From an uncultured Actinomycetes bacterium (GTDB lineage Bacteria > Actinomycetota > Thermoleophilia > Solirubrobacterales > Solirubrobacteraceae), in NCBI GenBank assembly GCA_963787065.1, contig CAWBBQ010000022.1:18521-82520 (forward strand): a stretch of DNA of 64,000 nucleotides. The letters are read 5' to 3'. The notes under the pieces were generated by a model. That model ran no database searches. It had not been told where the DNA came from and saw only the letters and a list, made by a program, of their open reading frames with translations. The position numbers were made by a program, and so were the translations under genes. Positions within the stretch are counted from its first letter, which is position 1. Each line of letters begins with the position of its first letter. Below, in pieces: positions 26,263 through 33,978 of the stretch.

Positions 26263-26354
26263 CCCTTGCCGCGCGATCGCACCCCTTGCCACGCGTTCGC
26301 ACCCTTGCCGCGCGATCGCACCCCTGCCACGCGTCGCACCGCCACGCGATCGCA
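26263..26354 (+). repeat. five tandem 16-20-bp iteron-like direct repeats
   Basis: The units are CCCTTGCCGCGCGATCGCA (26263-26281), CCCCTTGCCACGCGTTCGCA (26282-26301) and CCCTTGCCGCGCGATCGCA (26302-26320, identical to unit 1). They are followed by CCCCTGCCACGCGTCGCA (26321-26338) and CCGCCACGCGATCGCA (26339-26354). Confidence 0.8.
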
Positions 26355-26436
26355 TCGCCGCCCCACGCACGCCGCACATCGCCACGGCGCATGCGCCGCC
26401 CCGCGCCCGCGCAACGCCCACCACGCGCCCCCACCA

Positions 26437-26620
26437 CTCCCACAAACCTCCCGTCTCCACCCCGCTTGCCGCTCCCCCGCCGCCGCCACCGCCACGCCGC
26501 TCTGCCTCCGCCGCCCCTGTCCTCTCCTCTCTCACTGCTCTCTGACTCCACCTCCTGCTCTGTCCTGTCCTTCTCACCACCACCTTCCGTCCACCCGTCC
26601 CCCACCAACCCTTCTTCCTG
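26437..26620 (+). other. strand-asymmetric C/T-rich (polypyrimidine) tract
   Basis: My hand count for 26521-26620 is 82 pyrimidines in 100 nt (8 G, 10 A). C greatly exceeds G from about 26437 onward. This is atypical for the surrounding sequence. Confidence 0.8.
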
Positions 26621-26685
26621 TGCCGGGCCCTGACCCCGTCCGAGCACCTCTATGGTGTTTGGGCGGGGTCAGGGCCCGGCACAGG
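26617..26685. repeat. 22-bp perfect inverted repeat with 25-nt spacer
   Basis: CCTGTGCCGGGCCCTGACCCCG (26617-26638) and CGGGGTCAGGGCCCGGCACAGG (26664-26685) are exact reverse complements. Confidence 0.9.
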
Positions 26686-26914
26686 CCGCAAGCCCCGTGT
26701 TCACCGGCGGTTTCCACGGACGGCCCATCCACCGCCTGGTCCATACCTCGGTCGCGGCCTGCGGCGCTCCGTTTGTCCATCTCAACGGCGAGCGGACGGT
26801 CGGCGCGGTGGGCCCAGCAGTGCTCCTTGCGCTACGTCTCATGGGCGAGCGTCTGGCTGGTGTGGGTTCAGGATCCCATCGACCCGGCAGAGTCGGCGGA
26901 CGGATCTTGGCGGG

Positions 26915-27231
26915 ATGGCTCGTCTAGTGGTTCTTGTGAGTCCGCCGCGCCGGCTCAAGCTCGACGAGGCCGAGGACTGGCTGCGCCGGGAGCTGGCGCC
27001 GGTCGTCCGAGCTGCGGGGCTGCGATCTGCCGCGCTCAGTCGCCTGGCGAGCGCGTCGTCGCCTGGACGCTCGACTGGGGGTGGCTGGTCGAGTTCGACT
27101 TCGAGACCGCTGAATGCGCACGCGGCGCGGTGCGTGACGATCGCCTGGCGATGCTGCTCGGCGATCTGCGGCTGCTCGGGATGTCTCCGACCGTCGCGCT
27201 CGTCGACAGCGCGGCGGAGCTCATGCCCTGA
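26915..27231 (+). pseudogene. small hypothetical protein with one frame disruption, translationally coupled to the transporter gene
   Basis: MARLVVLVSPPRRLKLDEAEDWLRRELAPVVRAAGLRSAALSRLAS (ORF 26915..) continues in another frame as LDWGWLVEFDFETAECARGAVRDDRLAMLLGDLRLLGMSPTVALVDSAAELMP (tail of ORF 26065..27231). The stop TGA overlaps ATG 27231. Confidence 0.4.
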
Positions 27232-28487
27232 TGGCGCTGGCGATCGCCATCTTCGCCGGCGCGCTTGCGCTGATCGCCAGCGAGCGGTTCGACCGCACGA
27301 AGATCGCGCTGCTCGGCGCGGTGCTCGTGCTGCTCACGCAGACGATCGACCAGGAGCACGCGATCGAGTCGATCGACTTCAACACGATCGGGCTGCTCGC
27401 GGGGATGATGCTGCTCGTCCGCCTGACCGAGCCGACCGGCGTGTACAACTGGCTGGCGATCCGCGCCGGTCAGCTCTCGCGCGGCAGACCGCTCGCGGTC
27501 GTGGCGTCGCTTGCGGTCACGACCGCCGTGCTCTCGGCGTTCCTGGACAACCTGACGACGGTGCTGCTGATGGTGCCGATCACGTTCGTGCTCGCGGACG
27601 CGCTCGACATCGACCCGATCCCGCTGGTGATCATCGAGGTGATCGCCTCGAACATCGGCGGCACCGCCACGCTGATCGGCGATCCGCCCAACATCATCAT
27701 CGCCGGCGCGACCGGTCTCTCCTTCATGGCCTTCATCACGAACCTCGCGCCGATCGTCGTGGTGGCGTTCGTCGTGGTCGTGGGCCTGCTCTACCTGGCC
27801 TACCGCAGCAGGCTGCAGATCGCCGAAGAGGCTCGCAGGCGGGTGCTGGACCTCGACGCTGCCGCCGCGATCCAGGACCGCGACGAGCTGGTGCGCACCG
27901 TCCCCGTCCTGCTGGCGACGATCCTGCTGTTCTTCTTCCACCAGGCGCTCGGCCTCGAGCCCGCGACCGTCGCGCTCGCCGGCGCCACCGCGGCGCTGCT
28001 GATCACCCGCCAGCCGCTTGAGGATGCGCTGCGCGGGATCGAGTGGCCGACGCTGTTCTTCTTCATCGGCCTGTTCGTGATGGTCGGCGCGCTGGAGGAG
28101 ACCGGCGCCATCGCCGAGGTCGCCGACGCCATCGCGTCGGTCACCGACGGAGACCGCACCGCCGAGCTGCTCGGCATCGCCTGGCTGTCGGCCATCGGCT
28201 CCGGCATCGTCGACAACATCCCCTTCACCACGACCATGATCCCCGTCGTCGAGCAGCTCCAGCAGGGCAACGACGGCGACGACGCCTACTGGTGGGCGCT
28301 CGCCCTCGGCGCCTGCTTCGGCGGCAACGCAACGCTCATCGCGGCCGCCGCCAACGTGGCCGCCTCAGGGATGGCCGCACGGGCCGGCAAGCCGATCGGC
28401 TTCGTCCAGTTCCTCAAGGTGGGGATCCCGGCCACGCTGATCTCGATGGTGCTGGCCACCGGCTACATCACCCTCCGCTATCTCTGA
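27231..28487 (+). CDS. ArsB/NhaD-superfamily ion transporter (CitMHS/SLC13-like permease)
   Basis: The 418-aa protein is polytopic and carries the motifs AFLDNLTTVLLMVPIT, IGGTATLIGDPPNIII and IVDNIPFTTTMIPV. Confidence 0.9.
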   Translation: MALAIAIFAGALALIASERFDRTKIALLGAVLVLLTQTIDQEHAIESIDFNTIGLLAGMMLLVRLTEPTGVYNWLAIRAGQLSRGRPLAVVASLAVTTAVLSAFLDNLTTVLLMVPITFVLADALDIDPIPLVIIEVIASNIGGTATLIGDPPNIIIAGATGLSFMAFITNLAPIVVVAFVVVVGLLYLAYRSRLQIAEEARRRVLDLDAAAAIQDRDELVRTVPVLLATILLFFFHQALGLEPATVALAGATAALLITRQPLEDALRGIEWPTLFFFIGLFVMVGALEETGAIAEVADAIASVTDGDRTAELLGIAWLSAIGSGIVDNIPFTTTMIPVVEQLQQGNDGDDAYWWALALGACFGGNATLIAAAANVAASGMAARAGKPIGFVQFLKVGIPATLISMVLATGYITLRYL

Positions 28488-28498
28488 GGTCGCCGCTC

Positions 28499-28964
28499 GT
28501 GAACGCGAATCAGCTCAGCCACGACCTCGTCCGCGAGGCGCCCGTCCTGCGTGAGGAGGACAAGGTCGGCGACGCGGTCCGCGCCATCCTCGACAGCGGC
28601 CTGCCCGCACTCCCCGTCACCGCCAGCGACCGGACGGTTCGCGGGCATCTTCGGCGAGCGCGAGTTCATGGCCGCGCTGTTTCCCGGCTACGTCGGCCAG
28701 CTCAGCTACGCCGGGTTCATCAAGCACGGACTGGACGACGTGATCGAGCGGCGCGTCGCCTGCCGCAACGAACCAGTGTCGGGGTACATGAACACCGAGC
28801 ACGTCGCGGTGGAAGAGGACTTCTCAGATGTTCAGATCGCCGAGACCTTCCTCCACCACCGCGTGCTCATCATCCCGGTCGTCCGACAGGGTCGGGTAGC
28901 CGGCGTCATCACCCGCGCCGACTTCTTCCGCCGCATCGCCGAACGCGTCATCGAAGCGGGCTAG
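28499..28964 (+). CDS. CBS-domain pair protein (one apparent frame disruption near 28628)
   Basis: VNANQLSHDLVREAPVLREEDKVGDAVRAILDSGLPALPVTASD lies in the ORF 28043.. frame. It continues as RFAGIFGEREFMAALFPGYV...VAVEEDFSDVQIAETFLHHRVLIIPVVRQGRVAGVITRADFF in ORF 28551..28964. One extra C in GAC-C-GGA would explain the shift. Confidence 0.75.
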
Positions 28965-28999
28965 GGCCCGGGACCGCCGTCGTCGCGCCTCGAGACCGC

Positions 29000-29656
29000 T
29001 CAGGGCTCGACGAGCCCGCGGCGGATCGCGTAGCGCGTCAGCTGGACCCGATCGCGCATCCCGAGCTTGGCGAGCACGTTCTCCCGATGGCGCTCGACGG
29101 TCTTGCGGCTGATGCTCAGCAGCGCCGCGATCTGGTCGTTGGTGTGCGCCTCGGCGATCAGCTTGACGACCTCCAGCTCGCGCGGAGTCAACGGGTCCTG
29201 CGGCTCATGCTCGCCGGAGCGCGCACGGTCGAGGTAGTCACCGATCAGGGCCGCGATCCCCGAGGGGTACAGGAACGGCTGGCCACGCAGCACGGCACGA
29301 CACGCCTCGACAAGGTCCCGATCCGCAGCCGTCTTGAGGACGTAGCCGCTGGCGCCGGCCTTCAGGGCCTCGAACAGGTACTGGTCGTTGTCGTGCATCG
29401 AGAGCATCAGCACGCGCACGTCAGGACGGACCCGGCTCAGCTCGGCGGCCGACTGCAGGCCGGTCATGCGCGGCATCGACACGTCGATGATCGCCAGGTC
29501 GAGCTCCTCGGTCTCGCGCGCGATCGCGACGGCCTCGGCGCCGTCGCCGGCCTCTGCCACCACGCGGAGGTCCGGCTGCGCGTCGAGCACCATCCGCAGA
29601 CCGCGCCGGACCATCGCATGGTCGTCGGCGATCAAGATCCGCGCCGGAAACCTCAT
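29000..29656 (-). CDS. NarL/LuxR-family response regulator
   Basis: The REC domain (ILIADDHAMVRRGL...IIDVSMPRMTG...SGYVLK) is followed by a LuxR HTH (LTPRELEVVKLIAEAHTNDQIAALLSISRKTVERHRENVLAKLG). Confidence 0.9.
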   Translation of the reverse strand: MRFPARILIADDHAMVRRGLRMVLDAQPDLRVVAEAGDGAEAVAIARETEELDLAIIDVSMPRMTGLQSAAELSRVRPDVRVLMLSMHDNDQYLFEALKAGASGYVLKTAADRDLVEACRAVLRGQPFLYPSGIAALIGDYLDRARSGEHEPQDPLTPRELEVVKLIAEAHTNDQIAALLSISRKTVERHRENVLAKLGMRDRVQLTRYAIRRGLVEP

Positions 29657-30601
29657 GACAGCCGCAAGCGCACGGTCGTGCCGTGCCCCGGTCGCGACTC
29701 CACGTCCAAGGCCGCGCCGATGAGCATCGCCCTCTCGCGCATCCCGCGCAGGCCGCTACCGCCCGCGTGGGTGGCAGGATCGAACCCGCGGCCGCTGTCG
29801 CGAACCGTGAGCGTCACCCGCCCATCGTCACCGCTGCCCGAGCAACAGCCAGGCCTGCCGCGCCTCGCTATGCCGGGCGATGTTCGTCAGGGCCTCCTGC
29901 GCCACGCGATACAAGACGAGCTCCTCGTCGGGCTCCAGCGCCCGCACATCCGGCGCGAGCCGCCGTTCCACGCGCACGCCGGCGCGCCGTGCGATGTCGT
30001 TCGTCAGTGCGGCCAGCGCACTGGATAACCCGAGGTCGTCAAGCGCCTCCGGACGCAGCCGCCGCGCGATCTCCCGCACCTCCTCCAAGCTCGCCCGCAG
30101 ACCCTCGCGCGCCTCCTCCAACTGGTCGCTCACCGGGCCAGCCGCCTGCTGCGACGTCCGCTCGAGCTGCAGCATCACCGCGGTCAACGCCTGACCCACC
30201 TCGTCGTGCAGCTCGCGGGCGATCCGCGTGCGCTCACGCTCCTGAGCCGCCAACGCCGCGCGGGCGCTCTCCCGACGCTCGGTCTCCAGCCGTTCGATCA
30301 TCTCGTTGAAGGCCGCGGTCAACTCTGCCACCTCCATATCGGCCGGCCCCACCGCGACACGAGCGCCCGGCCGCAACGGGTCCACGCCGCGCATGAACCG
30401 CGTCAGCCGGCCCAGCGGTCCGAACGCGCGCCGCAGCAGGAGGAGATTGAGCGCGAGCATCGCCACGAGGCCCGGGACCAAGACCACGACCTCCGTGAGC
30501 GCGATCGGAAAGCTCACCGTCGCCGGGGACACCACAAGCGCGAGCGTCGCCACGACGAGGACCGCAGCGTTCGTGGCGAACACTCTCCACAGCAGAGGCA
30601 T
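29653..30601 (-). CDS. NarX/DesK-type sensor histidine kinase (HisKA_3), one frame disruption near 29830
   Basis: Two N-terminal TM segments are followed by the H-box RIARELHDEVGQALTAV. ORF 29828..30601 stops after ...ARQAWLLLGQR. The ATPase end (GDDGRVTLTVRDSGRGFDP...GSGLRGMRERAMLIGAALDVESRPGHGTTVRLRLS) continues in another frame to TGA 29653. It overlaps the response-regulator start by ATGA. Confidence 0.8.
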
Positions 30602-30732
30602 CGACGCCAGCGTACGCGCGAGCTCAGGGCGGACCCGCTACTCGAGCGCTTGGAGCGGAATGCGCCCGCATCGCGGACACCGTCAGGTCAGTCGGTCACA
30701 TTCGCGCCTCGTCGAACAGCCGCGCTGCGCAT

Positions 30733-31242
30733 TCACCTCAGCGGTCGCTGATCGATTGCCTCGAGTGCGGCGCGCGCGAGCTGTGCCGTCGTCGCCTGAT
30801 CGCGCGGGCTGAGTGGGTCGTCGGAATCGTCGGCCAGCCGATTGGCCGGACTCATGGGGTCGCTGACCAGGAAGCTGGCCAGCGCCACAGCTCTGGGGCA
30901 GGGCTCCTCCGCATCCTCCAGCCGGGCCGCCAGCATCAACAGCAGCTCGTCGGCCTCCTGCACCTGGGACCGACTCGGCGGCACAGCCGCCACCGACGCG
31001 GACCGCGTCGGCTGACGCGCCTGCCTACCCAGCCAGCGCAAGCTGGCCGCCAGGTGGCCGCGGTAGCGCCGGTTCGACAGCTGTTTCGCGCGCAGCCCGC
31101 GCGCGGCATCGGTGGTCGGGTTCGCGCCGGTCGCGAGCTCGCGGTCCAGGCTGATCCGACACCACCACACCCGCAGAGCCAACGACAGGGCCCGGCGGCG
31201 CGAATCCCGACCGACAGGGTCCAGGGCACGACAGGCAAACAC
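30733..31242 (-). CDS. hypothetical protein
   Basis: The tail of ORF 30733..31722 has protein-like composition (ISLDRELATGANPTTDAARGLRAKQLSNRRYRGHLAASLRWL...QVQEADELLLMLAARLEDAEEPCPRAVALASFLVSDPMSP). The start is uncertain; GTG 31242 is one option. Confidence 0.45.
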   Translation of the reverse strand: MFACRALDPVGRDSRRRALSLALRVWWCRISLDRELATGANPTTDAARGLRAKQLSNRRYRGHLAASLRWLGRQARQPTRSASVAAVPPSRSQVQEADELLLMLAARLEDAEEPCPRAVALASFLVSDPMSPANRLADDSDDPLSPRDQATTAQLARAALEAIDQRPLR

Positions 31243-31573
31243 ACCAGATCGCCTCGAATTTCCCAGCGTAGGTGGAGCCGCGTATCCCGGAAATGGGGTG
31301 AGGAACCCATCTCGACTCACCCAACAAGAGCCTCGAGCATCCGAGACTTCGGAGGGCGTCTGGTCGCAGCGAGCGGTGACCGCGCCGTTGTGGCCGACTC
31401 GAGGTCGCCTGATCGCCCCGATGATCCTGTTGCCTGGCGGCCTGAGCCGAGTGGACCGAGCCCTATCCAGGAAGCGACTTCTTCCCAGCCGCCGCCCAGC
31501 GCTGTCTCGCCGGCCAGGTCCCGGCGCCGTGGGGCGAACGAGGACGCCTCGCCCAGGCGGCGACTGCCAGGGT

Positions 31574-32782
31574 GTGCCGGTGCCCGAGCGCCCTGCCACG
31601 CCCACCGAACCGAAGGGCGCCGTCCGGCGTGTCGTCGACCCGCTGACCGAGTTCCTGCGCGAGGAAGCCGCGGGCGGCCTGGTGCTGCTGGCCGCGACCG
31701 TGGCCGCGCTGTTGTGGGCCAACGCCGCCTCTGACGGCTACGCGGCGCTGTGGGAGCGCGAGCTCAAGCTCGGCGCCGGCGATGTCGCACTCACCCTCGA
31801 CCTGCGCCACTGGGTCAACGACGCGCTGATGGCCGTCTTCTTCTTCGTCGTCGGATTGGAAATAAAGCGCGAGCTCGTCTGCGGCGAGCTCCAGGACCGG
31901 CGTGCCGCCACGCTCCCCGTGCTTGCCGCCATCGGTGGCGTCGCGCTTCCCGCGCTCATCTTCATCGCCTTCACCGCAGGAACGCCGCTGTCCTCGGGCT
32001 GGGCGATACCCGCCGCCACGGACATCGCGTTCGCAGTCGGCGTGCTCTCGCTGCTCGGCGACCGCGTCTCGTCCAACCTCAAGCTCTTCCTGCTCACGGT
32101 CGCCAGCGTCGACGACATCGCCGCCATCCTCATCATCGCCGTCTTCTACTCCGACGACCTGTCAGCCGTCTGGCTGCTCGCCTCGGCGGCCGGTCTGGCC
32201 GCCGTCCTCGCCCTTCGCGCGCTGGGCGTGACGAGAGTTGCCCCCTATGCGCTCGTCGGCGTGTTCGTCTGGGCGGCCGTTCACGAGTCGGGCATGCACG
32301 CGACCATCGCCGGCGTAGCGCTCGGGCTGCTGACGCCCACCGGCGACGTCGGCGGCCGACGCATCCTCGAAGACCTCGAACACCGCCTGCACCCGGTCAG
32401 CGCCTTCCTCGCCGTGCCCCTGTTCGCGCTCGCCAACGCCGGTGTCGACCTCGGCGGCGGCGTCCTCACCGACGCCCTCGACAGCCGCCTGGCCTGGGCC
32501 ATCGCGGTCGGCCTCGTCGCCGGCAAGCTTCTCGGCATCGCCGGCGCCACCTTCCTCGGTCTGCGGATGAACTGGGGCGCACTGCCCGAGGGCGTACGCC
32601 GGGAACAGGTTTGGGGCCTCGCTGCGCTCGGCGGCATCGGCTTCACCGTCTCGCTGTTCATCGCCCAACTCGCCTACGAGAAGCAGGACATCGTCAACAC
32701 CGCGAAGGTCGGCATCTTCGCCGGGTCGCTGATCAGCGGACTGCTCGGAGCCGCGCTGCTGATGCGGCGAGCGCGCCCGTAG
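31574..32782 (+). CDS. nhaA: Na+/H+ antiporter NhaA
   Basis: The sequence LTEFLREEAAGGLVLLAATVAALLWAN...VNDALMAVFFFVVGLEIKRE...WAIPAATDIAF...SVDDIAAILIIAVFY... is typical of NhaA. The likely start is GTG 31574 or 31580. The upstream part of ORF 31112.. is non-coding. Confidence 0.9.
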   Translation: MPVPERPATPTEPKGAVRRVVDPLTEFLREEAAGGLVLLAATVAALLWANAASDGYAALWERELKLGAGDVALTLDLRHWVNDALMAVFFFVVGLEIKRELVCGELQDRRAATLPVLAAIGGVALPALIFIAFTAGTPLSSGWAIPAATDIAFAVGVLSLLGDRVSSNLKLFLLTVASVDDIAAILIIAVFYSDDLSAVWLLASAAGLAAVLALRALGVTRVAPYALVGVFVWAAVHESGMHATIAGVALGLLTPTGDVGGRRILEDLEHRLHPVSAFLAVPLFALANAGVDLGGGVLTDALDSRLAWAIAVGLVAGKLLGIAGATFLGLRMNWGALPEGVRREQVWGLAALGGIGFTVSLFIAQLAYEKQDIVNTAKVGIFAGSLISGLLGAALLMRRARP

Positions 32783-33009
32783 GCGGTGCTGCGAGACGCC
32801 ATGACGAGCGTCAGGTCTCGGCTTGTCGTCGCACCGCCCAGGCGGTCGTCGCGGAGGAACCCGCCGCGCGCCGACGATGCGTTCAGCCTACGCTGGCCGC
32901 ATGCAACGTGCGCGCCTTCGGGCCCATAGGGACCACCGCTGTGGAACACGGACGGTCGAAGTCCCCGAGAGACGAGCGGAAACCGGCTTAGCTGCAGGCC
33001 TTTTTCCGC

Positions 33010-33051
33010 TGGACCCAGCCGGGATCGAACCGGCGACCTCCTGCTTGCAAG
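33010..33051 (-). repeat. orphan tRNA 3' half (tRNA-Ala(TGC)-like; no 5' half)
   Basis: The minus strand reads CTTGCAA-GCAGG-AGGTC-GCCGG-TTCGATC-CCGGC-TGGGTCC-A. That is anticodon loop, anticodon-stem 3' strand, variable loop, perfect T-arm, acceptor 3' strand with U70, and A73. The upstream GCACG cannot pair with GCAGG, and no D-arm or GGGCCCA acceptor is present. Confidence 0.6.
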
Positions 33052-33124
33052 CGTGCCGACCACCGGGGTAGCCCGCTCATGAAAGGCCTGCATCGGGGCC
33101 TCCTAAGGCTCATCTGGAGACCGC

Positions 33125-33916
33125 GTGCCCGCTGTAGAGATCTCGCCGAGTGTGGTCCCCGCCGCTGTCGGTGGCGACCAGCGGGCGCTCGAGGAACTGT
33201 TGCGGGCGGTCGCCGTCGACGTCCGCCGCCTGGCTCAGCGGATGTTGTGGCATCCGCAGGACGCCGAGGACGCGACGCAGGAGATCCTCGTGAAGGTGGC
33301 CACGCGGCTGAGCACGTTCCGTGGCGACGCCCGTGTGACGACGTGGGTGCACCGGATCGCCGTCAACCACCTGCTGACGATGCGGCGCGGCCGTGCTGAG
33401 GACCCGGCGCTCACCTTCGCCGCCTTCGGCGACGACCTCGCCCGTGATCTCGACGCCGCGTACGACCCGCGCGGCGTCGACGACGAGCTGTTGGCCCAGG
33501 AGGTGATGGTCGGCTGCACGCAGGGCATGCTGCTGTGCCTCGACCGCGAGCATCGGGTCGCATACGTGCTCGGCGAGGTGTTGCAGCTGCCTGGCGACGA
33601 GGCTGCCGCGATCTGCGAGATCACGCCGCCCGCGTTTCGCAAGCGCCTGCAGCGCTCGCGGGAACGGCTCCAGCGCTTCATGGAAGAGCACTGCGGTGTG
33701 CTGGACCCGTCGAACGCCTGCCGTTGCAAGCGCCGCATCGGCGCGGCGATCGGCCGCGGTCGCGTGGAGCCGGAGGAGCTCCTGTTCGTCGAGCGCGTCG
33801 ACGCGCTGAAGCTCGAGATGCAGCGCTTCAGCGATGCCGGCGCGATCTTCCGCAGTCACCCGGAGCTGCGCACACCGCCCGAGCTGGTGGACGCCGTGCT
33901 GCGCGCCGTCGCCTGA
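33125..33916 (+). CDS. ECF-type sigma-70 family factor with about 80-aa C-terminal extension containing an HCx9CxC motif
   Basis: Region 2 is DAEDATQEILVKVATRLSTFRGDARVTTWVHRIAVNHLL. Region 4 is HRVAYVLGEVLQLPGDEAAAICEITPPAFRKRLQRSRERL. The extension follows: EEHCGVLDPSNACRCKRRIG... No adjacent anti-sigma gene is present. Confidence 0.85.
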   Translation: MPAVEISPSVVPAAVGGDQRALEELLRAVAVDVRRLAQRMLWHPQDAEDATQEILVKVATRLSTFRGDARVTTWVHRIAVNHLLTMRRGRAEDPALTFAAFGDDLARDLDAAYDPRGVDDELLAQEVMVGCTQGMLLCLDREHRVAYVLGEVLQLPGDEAAAICEITPPAFRKRLQRSRERLQRFMEEHCGVLDPSNACRCKRRIGAAIGRGRVEPEELLFVERVDALKLEMQRFSDAGAIFRSHPELRTPPELVDAVLRAVA

Positions 33917-33978
33917 CACAACGCTGCGACCCTCCGCGGTAAGGCGGGCGTAAGACTCGGCTGGGACGGTCGGCGGCG

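Noticed and set aside
26263-26354. Possible CRISPR array, given short tandem repeats.
   Set aside because: The repeats abut each other directly with no spacers. The units are only 16-20 bp, and no cas genes are present.
26065-27231. 388-aa and other Pro-rich ORFs (26192..26545, 26286..26633) spanning the repeat and pyrimidine region. They could be read as a proline-rich secreted protein.
   Set aside because: The amino-acid periodicity simply reflects the 16-20-bp DNA repeats and the C-rich strand. All three frames are open with similar junk composition, and there is no RBS or signal peptide. The region is better explained as non-coding structural DNA.
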